Shown: piece by piece, positions 26,201-37,813 of the stretch
Layout: the number at the start of each line of letters is the position of its first letter
Position numbering within the stretch: position 1 is the stretch's first letter
Assembly: GCA_965235115.1 (NCBI GenBank)
Contig: OZ249441.1
Coordinates: forward strand, 5,146,001-5,210,000
Direction: 5' to 3'
Source: Laetmonice hystrix
Taxonomy: Eukaryota
Length of the DNA stretch: 64,000 nt
Translations under genes and position numbers: made by a program
Notes under the pieces: generated by a model
Databases searched by the model: none
What the model saw: the letters and a program-made list of their open reading frames with translations, nothing else
Told to the model about the DNA's origin: nothing

Positions 26201-29200
26201 AATTAAGGTAATGTTCTAATTTAGAGTGTGTGACTAATTGTAACTGAAGCATGTACTGAGCCACAACCACATATCTCGGCTCTATCAAATGGTGATTCTA
26301 ACTCACTGATGTATTTTTCAGATGGGTTTTAAGAAAGGTACTGGCCTGGGCAAAACTGGTCAAGGTATAAGCACTCCTGTCGAAGCAAAACTCCGCAGGG
26401 GGAAGGGTGCCATTGGTTTTTACGGGTCTGAGCGCACAGAGAGATCACTTAAGGATTTCCCAGTCCAAGCTGACTCAGATGAAGAGGAAGAGAAGCAGTT
26501 CAAAGAGCAACTTCAGCAATGGAAGAAGTCTGATGTTAGTAGAATATGTGCTTCTTTAAACTGTATGCCACACAAATCACAATCCGTGCAGGATTTCTGG
26601 TCAATATTTACCAATCACTATTTATGCTGATTTGGTAATGCTGTACTAGATTTCTTGTATGTACAGTTGAATGCTGCAAGTACATCCCTCTACTAATATG
26701 TGCCAGTTTAGGAGGAAGTGTTTGTCTTAATTTATAAAGAAAATGAATCGTTGCAACATATCAGGTTACCTTGTTTCCTCTATATAAATTCCTGTCATTG
26801 TGGACCATATAGCAAGTTTCAATTTTTTTCCAGGGTGAAAACAAGAAGAAACCAAAATATGTGTATAAAACAGCTGATGAAGTAATTGCAACAGGTGGCA
26901 AAAAAAAGACAGTTGTACAAAGTGACCTAGCAAAGGTAAAAGTAATCGATATGACTGGGCGGGAAAAGCGTGTGTTGTCTGGCTACCATGCCATCAGTCA
27001 GAAACATGACAAGCCAGATGAGGATGAATCCATGGACCAAGCATTGACAAAGACACCAGGAAAACCTGCGTTTGAGATGCCCGAGCTCATGCATAATCTG
27101 GATCTGTTGGTTGACATGGCGGAAGATGAGATACTACAAAACAACAAGAAGTAAGTTCTCCCTTGTAGTCATACATTTGGTATATTGGCTTCAGAGATTT
27201 TGATTTGATTTGTTGTCTGTAATCTCACTGATGTAATGAACTAAGAAAGTTAGATTAAAGTTTTTCAAAATTTAATATCTAAGATCTACAGACAGACACC
27301 TTTAAGCTGAGAATTGCAGTTACTCATGATTCATTTGGATTTGCAGGCTTCAGTACGAGCGTGACCTGGTGGTAAATTTAAAGCACGAGAAAGAGAAACT
27401 GGACGAAGTCTGTAAAAATGAAGAGCAGCAACTTAACACGCTTGAGGAGATTATGAACACTATCAACAAGTAGGTACCTTATAATGTGATCAGTTTTTGT
27501 GATATTAATAGGTTTGACAAAGTATTGTTGTCTGTAGTAACTATCATCATATATTTGAAGAAATTGATTTTGTCAAATTCCTTTTGTATTGGTGCTTTTT
27601 TGAGACTGTGTGTTTTGCCTTTGAATTTTGTAATTCCTAATTTTAGGGAGGGAACTTAACAGTATTGTTGGTTTTCAGGTGTGAGGCAAGAACAGCTCCC
27701 GGGGTCGAGGATCCATTAACCCTAGAGGAATGTGCAAAACTCTTCTCGCACCTACAGAATGATTTCTATGAGGAGTACAAAATCTATGATCTTGCCACTG
27801 TCGGGGTGGCCCTCGTCTTTCCCTTAATGAAGAGAGAGTTTGAAGGCTGGGACCCACTTTCTCATCCACGTCATGGGCTTGGCACAATGCGTGAATGGCG
27901 GGAAATTCTTGAGGGGCCAAACCAGGGTTTTGGGGGCAAGTCTGGAAGTGAGGAGCACATGGACCCATATGAACGTCTCATGTGGGAGGTGTGGATGCCA
28001 CACATCCGTACCACAATCAAGTAAGTGTTTTATACCAGCGGCCTGAATGCTCAACCCAGTCATCAGAGTCAGATTTGTCAATGACATGGAAGTCATCATA
28101 AATCTCCATATGATGGGGCCATTGGATTGGCTCATAGCGTCAAGGGGAAATAATGGAGCATGTTTTTCTGAAGTTTTGCTGTTTCTCAACCTAGTATTGG
28201 TGGACTTTCCTTATTTGGTAACAGATATGAAAATCTTTAACTTCACAATTTTCACTTATGAACCTTCATTTTCCAGAGTTACCAAAATATATATTGTGCG
28301 GGGATATTTCTGAGCTTTATTTATTTTTTTAATTTTGACCCACCAAGTTGAGAGTTAAGACCATTTTGTTGTTTAATATTGAGTTATCCATTGCAGCAGG
28401 TCGAGTTTAATGATTGTTTCTCTCAGTTCAAGGTGGTCAGTCCGGGACTGTGATGCTTTGATTGAGGTACTGGAGGCCTGGCTTCCACTCCTACCCAAGT
28501 GGATCCTGTTTAACGTCCTAGAGCAACTAATCCTACCCCGTCTCCAGGCTGAAGTTATATCCTGGAACCCACTCACAGACACAATGCCTATACATGCCTG
28601 GCTCCACCCGTGGCTTCCACTCATGGGTAAATGTTGTTTCCTTATTATCAGTATGTCTTTGAAAATAAGGAATGATAACCTGTTATGTAGTTAATCCAGG
28701 ATAAATCTAAGGGGATGGCAGTTAAATGTGTGCAAGTTCGTTTGCAAGTTCTCAGACTTTTCGAGAATGAAAACTTTTTAAAATTTCTTTGGCAGGAATG
28801 ATAGGCATAGTTTCTTTGATTTACTTGAATTTCTTATTGTACTGTGTAGGTGACCGCCTTGAGCCCTTGTATGCACCCATCCGTCACAAACTGTCAAATG
28901 CGTTGACCAACTGGCATCCCTCGGACCCATCTGCCAAGATGATACTGCAGCCCTGGGCGAAGGTTTTCCAACAAGGACACATGGACGCCTTTATGGTCAA
29001 GAACATTGCACCCAAACTCGGTCTATGTCTGGCTGAGTTTGTCATCAACCCACACCAACAACATCTGGGTATTTATAAACTTGTGCTTTATTATTATTTT
29101 TATCACAAATTTATAGTCGACGGAAAATAATATCTTTTTTTCATACGTTTTTTACAAAGAGAGTATGATTACCAGATGATTGAAGTATTTATTTTCACTT

Positions 29201-31603
29201 TCTGTGGCAGATGCCTGGACGTGGGTCATGTCTTGGTTAGACATGGTGCCACTGCCTGCCATGGTTAACCTACTGGAGAAGAATTTCTTCCCACGGTGGC
29301 ACCAAGTTCTCTGTTCCTGGCTCGCTTCTAACCCAAACTACGACGAGGTGACGAAATGGTACACAGGATGGAAGTCCATGGTCCCTGAGAATCTCCTCTC
29401 TCATCCCACAGTGAAAGGTATGTGGGTAGATGTATGTTAATATGAGAGATTACCTGCTAGGGGTACTCAACACTCCCAACATTTGACACTCGTTCACAAG
29501 TAATGGTCCTGCAGTACACACCTGAGACACCACAAACCAGATTTGTAAAAGTAAAGATATATATCGGGTGGATAAAAAAAAACGCCCCGAACTTTAAACT
29601 TTAATATCTCAAAAACTATGCATTATAATTCAATAAAATTTCTCTTGATATCACTTCATGATATTATCTCTGGTATGTTAAAGTCTCAGCTCAATAGCTT
29701 TGATATTAATCCTGTGGCGCAAAAAACAAAAATCAGTGTCTAAAAACGCAATGCCGGAATTAGGTCAAATATCATGCAGCTGCCAGGTATCCAATTTGAC
29801 ACTTGTTTGATGCACCGCATTGTACCTTGGGTAAAAAAAAATTCAATATTTAGTTTTTGCGTGTTTTACAATATGTTTAATGTTGAGGACCACTAGATAT
29901 AATAAAATATGTGCTATTCCTAGTAATTTTAGAGAAAAAAGATGTTTAATGTGCCAAACCCTACAGAGAAACTGCAACATTAGGATGATATGACTGTAAC
30001 CAGAAGTTCAAGGGAAATCGTATCATTATCACGTTTAGCAACACATTCAGAACGTTGCGTATTTCCCAATGGTGGGAAGATATTTCCCTATCAGGGATCG
30101 GGAAGTGCATTGGCTCATGGAAAAAGAGACTGGGAGCAGTATGAAGTGAAAACGGGGGACCGATTGACCACCTACTCTAGTGTGAGGCCAGGGACTCTGG
30201 GTGCGACTACAACTCGCTTTAGGCCGGCGTTGCGCTTTTGTACAATGATTTTTGTTTTTAGCGCCACGGAAAGATTATCCAAGCTATTGAGTTGTAACAT
30301 TAACAACTAAGAGACAACATCATGAAGTGATATTAAGAAAAATTTCATTGAATTACAATCATTACTTTTTGAAATATAGAAGTTTAAAGTTCGGGGCGTT
30401 TTTTTTTATCCACCCGATATAATGGCCAAAAGGTTTAATAATTTGGTTATGTTTAATGTATATATGCCTATTTGAATTTTATATGGTTTTCGACTGTAAT
30501 TATAAAAAAATCAACATTTAAGAAGATATTTTCTAGAACTTGAATACAGTCAGACTTCGTAAAAAAAACATAAAAAAGTGTACGGATTGTAAAACATATG
30601 GATTACTGAATCATTTTAAAAGGAAAATGTTGGAATAGGTTACCAGAAAGTGTGTTCGGATTGTGAAGTACACGGATTAATGAGATCACACCTGTATATT
30701 GAAAATTGATGGTTATGATAAAGAATGATCAACGGTGTGTTTTTGTTGGATTTCCTGTTTGCAGAGCAGTTTAACAGAGCCCTTGACACCATGAACAGGG
30801 CAGTATCTGGCACCCAGTATCAACCAGGAGCACGGGAAAACGTTGCCTACCTGACCAGTACAGAGAGAAGGCGGGACTACGAGAGCCCATACTCTTACAG
30901 TGCCCCACCTCCACCACCACCCGCACCCCCACAGATGGCGCCACCTCCAATGCCACCATCAGAGATTGAGGTGTGTTCTCGCTCTTTTATCGATAAAGTG
31001 ATCATTCCAGATTTCTTTTTCATAAAGGAAACATGTGTCTTATTTTAGGAACCTATCTAATCAGGTTGTTTTCAACTAATTGTTTGTATTGATTGATAAA
31101 ACATGTACCCCGTACTTGTAAGCATAAGAGGGTGCACCTTGAATCAAAGAGAGGCCGCAATGTATGTCTGTAAATAACTGATGTATTATCTATATAGATT
31201 TTAGCTAGCATATATTTGGTGTTTCAGATGCATGGTGCCCGAGGTCTTACAGCATCATCTAGTGTGCCAACAAGCTTCAAGGAACTAATTGAGAGAAAGG
31301 TAACATGCCCAATTTGTACCTTCATTCATAATCTGTTCTTAGAGTACCGGGTAATGTGATTGTTTGCTACTTATACATCATCAGTTAATGCTCCCTACAA
31401 TATAATGGTGACTTCTTTCTTTTCAGGCGGAAGAAAATAACGTTGTCTTCGTCCCATTGGTAGGCAAGACATTTGAAGCGAAACAAGTGTATCAGTTTGG
31501 CCGCCTACACATTGTTATAGATCGTGGAGTGCTGTTCATGCAACAGGAGAATGGACAATGGATACCAGTGTCATTACAGACCATCATAGATCGTGGACGG
31601 TGA
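23268..31603 (+). CDS. TFIP11: Tuftelin-interacting protein 11 (spliceosome disassembly factor; G-patch and GCFC/STIP domains), 843 aa, 14 coding exons
   Basis: Exons 23268-23376, 24528-24694, 25721-25842, 25966-26023, 26322-26534, 26834-27150, 27347-27469, 27679-28020, 28427-28626, 28850-29068, 29211-29417, 30765-30970, 31228-31299, 31427-31603 (2532 nt). G-patch [35 protein letters not shown]; motifs [28 protein letters not shown] and [11 protein letters not shown] recognised from the family. The acceptor at 28426 versus 28432 is ambiguous. Confidence 0.96.
23906..24229. mobile_element. 324-bp MITE with TAA TSD (PIF/Harbinger-like), TFIP11 intron 1
   Basis: TIR GGCCACTTAAAATTAATAAATTGTTTT and its reverse complement; TAA at 23903-23905 and 24230-24232. 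Confidence 0.85.
24746..24937. mobile_element. 192-bp MITE with TA TSD (Tc1/mariner/pogo-like), TFIP11 intron 2
   Basis: TIR CC(G/C)TATATGTCCCTTTAGCCGCGCA; TA at 24744-24745 and 24938-24939. Confidence 0.85.
25258..25584. mobile_element. 327-bp non-autonomous DNA transposon, hAT-like, 6-bp TSD
   Basis: TIR TAGA(G/C)CCAGTCAA(T/A)TTCC; CAAGTA at 25252-25257 and 25585-25590; subterminal ACGGAA repeats. Confidence 0.75.
29562..30419. mobile_element. 858-bp non-autonomous Tc1/mariner-like element, TFIP11 intron 11
   Basis: ~40-bp TIR TATCGGGTGGATAAAAAAAAACGCCCCGAACTTTAAACTT; TA at 29560-29561 and 30420-30421. No transposase ORF recognised. Confidence 0.88.
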
Positions 31604-32857
31604 ACTGGCAAGTTTTGTTACAAACCATCATAGATCGTGGACGGTGAACTGGCAAGTTTTGTTACAAACCATCATAGATCGTGGACGGTGAACTGGCAAG
31701 TTTTGTTACAAACCATCATAGACCGTGGACGGTGAACTGGCAAGTTTTGTTACAAACCATCATAGACCGTGGACGGTGAACTGGCAAGTTTTGTTACAAA
31801 CCATCATAGACCGTGGACGGTGAACTGGCAAGTTTTGTTACAAACCATCATAGACCATGGACGGTGAACTGGCAAGTTTTGTTACAAACCATCATAGACC
31901 GTGGACGGTGAACTGGCAAGTTTTGTTACAAACCATCATAGACCGTGGTGAACTGGCAAGTTTTGTTACAAACCATCATAGACCGTGGACGGTGAACTGG
32001 CAAGTTTTGTTACAAACCATCATAGACCGTGGATGGTGGACTGGCAAGTTTTGTTACAAACCATCATAGACCGTGGACGGTGAACTGGCAAGTTTTGTTA
32101 CAAACCATCATAGACCGTGGACGGTGAACTGGCAAGTTTTGTTACAAACCATCATAGACCGTGGTGAACTGGCAAGTTTTGTTACAAACCATCATAGACC
32201 GTGGACGGTGAACTGGCAAGTTTTGTTACAAACCATCATAGACCGTGGATGGTGGACTGGCAAGTTTTGTTACAAACCATCATAGACCGTGGACGGTGAA
32301 CTGGCAAGTTTTGTTACAAACCACCATAGACTGTGGACGGTGAACTGGCAAGTTTTGTTACAAACCATCATAGACCGTGGACGGTGAACTGGCAAGTTTT
32401 GTTACAAACCATCATAGACTGTGGACGGTGGACTGGCAAGTTTTGTTACAAACCCTCATAGATTATGGATGGTGAACTGGCAAGTGTTGCTACAGACCAT
32501 CATAGACCGTGGACGGTGAACTGGCAAGTTTTGTTACAAACCATCATAGACCGTGGACGGTGAACTGGCAAGTTTTGTTACAAACCATCATAGATCGTTG
32601 ACGGTGGACTGGCAAGTTTTGTTACGAACCATCATAGACCGTGGACGGTGGACTGGCAAGTTTTGTTACAAACCATCATAGATCGTTGACGGTGGACTGG
32701 CAAGTTTTGTTACGAACCATCTTAGATCGTGGACGGTGGACTGGCAAGTTTTGTTACAAACCATCTTAGATCGTGGACGGTGAACTGGCCAGGGTCATTC
32801 AAGACCATCATAGACCATGGACGGTGAACTGGCAAGTGTTGCTACAGACCATCATAG
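31580..32857 (+). repeat. 44-bp minisatellite (~29 units) overlapping the TFIP11 stop codon and filling its 3' UTR
   Basis: Unit accatcatagaccgtggacggtgaactggcaagttttgttacaa. The first unit encodes TIIDRGR* of TFIP11; some units are 40 bp. Confidence 0.96.
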
Positions 32858-33185
32858 TTTATGGCCAGTAAAATGGCCAGTGTCGTGAAACATCAAGAGA
32901 GATTGTAGATAATGGACTTACTGAATGTAAATAACAGAAATTTATTGCTGAATCAGTTTCACATAGTATATCAAGCAATTAATCAGGCTATGCCCTGATT
33001 AGAAACAGCCAGAGATGTTAGAATCAGTTAGGAATCAAGTGGGTGCAAGGCTTTTCTCAACCTTGCTGGCAGTTTGTACTATTTGATGGACTAGTACCTA
33101 GCAGATGACAGACATGAGGTAACAGACAGATGTAAACACTTTTATATTTATGAAAGACGAGATAAATATCTGTCGAGGAGATCAG

Positions 33186-33191
33186 AATAAA
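33186..33191 (+). terminator. Candidate polyadenylation signal of TFIP11
   Basis: First AATAAA noticed after the repeat array. Confidence 0.5.
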
Positions 33192-33930
33192 ACATGAAAA
33201 CGAATTTGTTTTTCGCACAATTAATCAGAGGTGTAGCAGTTGCCTGACATTTTAGTGGAGGTCTTATAACGAATTCCCACATATAGCGAAGTTAATCTCA
33301 GGAATGGAATCGGTCTCCATTATGTTTCTTTTAGGCTGGATATAACGAAGTTTGCCCATAACGAATTTTCGCTTATAACGAAGGCCTTTTCAGTCCTAAA
33401 GTGACAACTTCCCGGCTAGGCCTAGGCTATAGCGAAGTAGGTCAAGTGGCAGCTGACCCCAAGTCGATAGGTATGGGCCGTTGGGGATGAAGTCTGAACT
33501 GCGTGACGTCACGGGTAAGAATATAGATATAGAATCCTCTACGGCCGTATCACTCCCACACCATAGCGTTACTTGGAATACTCACTTGTGCCGCCGTCAT
33601 GACGTATTGGGGGGGGGGGGGGTTACTGGCTGCCTTGCCCACAGGCCCATGTTTAGCTTGCTTACTGGTGGTGAAAAGAGAGACTTGTCATCGTCTTGGC
33701 CAAAAATAAATGCCGACTTTTGCCACCTGAGGACCATGGCACCAAAAATGACATAACTTGATACGCTTAACCGTTGACTTTTGTTCATGTAAGATGATTC
33801 CCGTCCAAGATCTGGGGTAATATTGATTCTGAAGGTGCCTGGTTTGGCCTGGACATTTTTAGGGGGACACTCTGTTAACACTTGTTATATAAATGACACG
33901 TTTAAAAAAGCCAGTTTATAAAACATCTCC

Positions 33931-33936
33931 TTTATT
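33931..33936 (-). terminator. Candidate polyadenylation signal of CHMP2A
   Basis: tttatt on the plus strand, about 1.1 kb past the CHMP2A stop. Confidence 0.4.
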
Positions 33937-34703
33937 CTTGTAATGTTATACGGCCTCGCATGCAAGTCTCCCAATAACATGACATCAATTTTTCATGAAG
34001 GAAGTAAAATATATGGCTGCATTTCACGCAGCAATGGTTTCAGAAAATGGTTAGAAAACATATGGGCCATACATTGGAGAAAATGGAAGTGTCAAAATAA
34101 AACCTTTTTCAATACAATTTTTCTACAAGGAAACTGAACTTTTCCATAACGACTTTTGAAATATGTATTAGCCCACTGCCTAACAGTTTTATTCCATTTG
34201 AACAAAAACAAGTTCACGTTCAGTTACAAGCATTGCAACTTTGGGTCACTTATGAACCGCGGCAGGATACTTCATAGATTACTAATAGTTTGCTATGGAA
34301 GGCGGCAGAACATTGCACTACAAGCCGCATGTTTACAACTGATCAAGGAAAACCAGACTTGTGAACTTTTCAACCCACAGGAGACGTCGATATACACATG
34401 CACTGTACCAGGGTATATACATTCTACAATACATTTCCTTTCTAAATGCCACTGAAAATGTAGGAAAAAAATATTACCGATAACAACTGCCCAAACTTCT
34501 CTCCAGTTAATCGATTTCTGTTTGCTTAAATTATTGTATACACTGGGAAAGATGTGGGAACAACACCCAACATTGGTATTGTTTTGACACCCGACCAAGA
34601 CCAATCTACACCTACTGCACTCCACTTATGGACTGGTACCCAGCTATCACCAAGAAACGTTTCAAGTATTTTCTATAAACAATACTTTACGTTCTTTTCG
34701 AAA

Positions 34704-34815
34704 CAGGGTGCGTTTCTCATCTATCGTTACCCTGTCATGCGTTAAAATCCCCATTGAAAATGCATTGTAGTTAACGATACGACAAGCTAACGACATGATG
34801 AGAAACGCACCCCTG
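34704..34815. mobile_element. ~110-bp MITE-like inverted repeat, probably in the CHMP2A 3' UTR
   Basis: CAGGGTGCGTTTCTCAT ... ATGAGAAACGCACCCCTG. Confidence 0.65.
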
Positions 34816-35033
34816 ATGTCTGTTTTTAAAAACGACCTAAGAGGACCTTCTCTTGCTGGGTCAGTCTCTTTCTTTGCTGATATGAATATGTACTACAAAT
34901 AACATTATTTCTTTAACAGTCTTTTAGGTTTTTTCCATCTCTGTTGATGGATACAATTAACATATCAGGTGTGCCTACTGAATGGGTTGAGAACAGAAGG
35001 GGTGCATTTAAGTTTTCTGTGTTCAGCCAGCAA

Positions 35034-37118
35034 CTATTGTCTACGTAGGTTCTCCAGACGAGCCTCAAGATCGGCATCTGCATCGCTGACACCTGCTGCT
35101 GCTGCTGCTGGTACGGCCTGCTTGGCACCCGGTGTGGACAAAGTTTGGTTTGCCTTGGGGAGATCTGGAATTACAACACCGGCATCAGAGCAGGCAACGT
35201 TACATCTCCAGTAGTGTGGTGAAGAACTTAACTAGTCCATGAAGTGATCAGGCCGTGTCAGCTTCAATAATCTCCCATCACAGAGTATGAAACCTAATGT
35301 TATTGGGTTTCAAACTTCAGAGCACAAAAACTATCAGTACATGTAGTTGCACAGATTGTAATTAGGCCGCAAACAGAAAACCTCTCTACAGCATTAATAA
35401 GCATCTTTACCGTCACTATTTTAATATAACATAAATTATGTTACATTTTAAAACTTTTAGCAAAGGTTTAGATGACTGTGTCAGATTCCAAACCTCATGC
35501 CAACATGCAGTGTAATATTTGTATTGTTCTTTTTATGACACATCTTTAGGGCTTCAGTATATTTTCTTTGTTTTTTAATTAGTTATTGCCATTTTAATAA
35601 AATGTGTGTTGTGCATAATCGCAAACTTGAGAAGTACATGTATTTAAAAGTAAAATCACAGGTAGTGTGATGAGTGAGTTAGTGGGATAGCAGTGAGAAA
35701 GTGCCGTTCCTCCCCCCTTTACACATAGATAAAGCTGCATATTGACAACTTAACTTTGACTTACTAAGATCCGTACCTGATAACTGGTCAGCCATTTGTA
35801 GCCCCAGCTCGTCCAGTACTTGAGATACAATAGCATCACTGAAATGGTAAAAAGATCAAATCCTGAGGGTTTCTCATTCAAGTCAGACATACTACATGTG
35901 AAAAGACCAGCATTAAGTAGGCTCTTGGCTGCATCATTATACAATACACATGCAAGTACTTACCAACAACCACTGAGGCACTTTCTTAACTAAATCTACT
36001 GATGATGGAGTAATCATCCTTCAGACATACCTTTCTTCTTCATCATCTTCATCCCCCATAGCATCATCAATAGCGTCATTCATCATCTCTTCCTTCATTT
36101 CCATAATTTCAGACTGCTTTTCAAATTCATGCATAATTTTCTGGATCTCTGGCAACTTCAGCTGAAAATTGTAGCAACTATGTTAAAGACATGATATGTA
36201 ACTTTGGCCATTATTTGATTACTAGATAACATAGGGACTGACCGGAAACAATCAACAATATACGGTGGAAGAGGTGTACTGTATCGTGAATTTTAAGTTA
36301 GTTATAACCACAGCTGCTCTGATTGACCAACAGTCTTATATAGAGACATTCTGACCTAGTCATCTGTGTGTACATGTTCTATTTAAAAATTTAAGCTGGT
36401 AATATTTCAAATGCTCTTGCCAATTCTTAAGGTATAGTTTGCAAGAATTTATATTTTCATTCTCTTGGTACATGTACAGGACACTTGTATTTACCTGCTT
36501 GTTCATTGTAGCCATTGCCTTTGTGACGCCTTTCATCGCTTGGGCCATGGCATCATTTGATTTCAAAGTTTGAATTTTGAGTGACACTGCTTGAATGTTT
36601 GCACGCATTAGGATAAACTTTTTAACATAGCGCCTTGTTCGAACTAGATCCTTCGCCATGATCTTGACAGCATCCTGAAAAGATTTTCATTTTGTTCAAA
36701 ATTTGATCTCTTACCTTACTGCTAATTAATTAGGTTCCCTGATTTCCAGCAATAGGGAGTGCAAGAATCATCAATTTATAATTTACGAATTGAGAAAAAC
36801 TTATAGATATTTATTGATTACATAAAATAACTAAAACAGGTCCTAAACCTAAGATCTTTGACAATGTAAGTACAGTACCATAAGGCATAACTTAAGCTTT
36901 TCGCTTTAAACAGTGCATTTGAATTGGAAAAAAAAAACCCTCACCATTTGTCCAGCTTTTGCCATCTTTTTAATATCTGCAATGATTTTCTTCTCTTGTT
37001 GTTCCATCCTCCCCCGCTCTCGGTCTAGGTCACGCATGGCTTTATTCAAGGCCCGCTGGTTCTGCCGTAGCAGCTCCTGCGGGGTCTTTTTTCGCCCGAA
37101 TAAAAATTCAAGTGGCAT
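35034..37118 (-). CDS. CHMP2A: Charged multivesicular body protein 2a (ESCRT-III, Vps2/Snf7 family), 225 aa, 5 coding exons
   Basis: Exons 37118-36945, 36674-36495, 36161-36031, 35838-35777, 35164-35034 (678 nt). Sequence MPLEFLFGRKKTPQELLRQNQRALNKAMRDLDRER...MRANIQAVSLKIQTLKS...DADADLEARLENLRRQ* with the C-terminal MIM1 motif. Confidence 0.97.
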
Positions 37119-37478
37119 GATGATGGATCACAGTTCCTAAAGTAAAAGGGAAAAAGAACGTAGTAATAACATAGTTTTATTCGCTGACTACACTTTAATC
37201 AATTACGAGGTACAGGGTAGACTGCCTACAATACTGTCAATAGGCCTAGGTGACAGGTCTTTAGGCCAGAGAGGTGCGAGTGAGTCACAGTCATCCGTTT
37301 CGTTCAGCTGGTCACTGCATGACTGAGGCCACTACTCGCCCCGGTCGGCTGTCAGGGTCTGTCACCCCCTCTCCGGGTGTATGTCGGGGTTTGGTAAAAC
37401 TTAGCTGGGAACAAAACATCTGTATCCACAGATACCAATCATTAGGCGGTAGTTGTCTACGTGTCATCTGATTATTAC

Positions 37479-37813
37479 CTTTCTATGTCTGTTAGATTCT
37501 TTCCGATCAACAATGTTTGTCCCTTCAGCTTCCTCAATCCCTCAGTCCTTGTGTGTATTTGTGCGGTGACGTCACATATAATGGCTACTACTCTCGAAAC
37601 CTTCACAAAAATAATTTCCTCTAAATAACTATATTTTCCTGAATGTTTGAGCATAAAACGAGAGCAGGTATTTAATTATGAATATAGCCTTCTCCCTCGT
37701 GGAAAAGTGTTCGTGTAATACTAAGTTTTATCTATTCTAAATTATTTGAAGGGTACCTAGATTATTCGTAAATTTGACATGGCGGCGTGTCTGCAGTGCT
37801 GTGCTCGGCGGGG
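37479..37813. promoter_or_regulatory. Probable bidirectional promoter with the CHMP2A non-coding first exon (minus) and a candidate CSDE1 first exon (plus)
   Basis: Minus donor AAAG|gtaata at 37478/37479; TGACGTCA (CRE) at 37567-37574; YY1-like ACATGGCGGC at 37777-37786 followed by plus donor GG|gtaagg at 37813/37814. Confidence 0.5.

Noticed and set aside
31857-32285. Two identical 70-aa ORFs
   Set aside because: Products of the 44-bp 3' UTR array.
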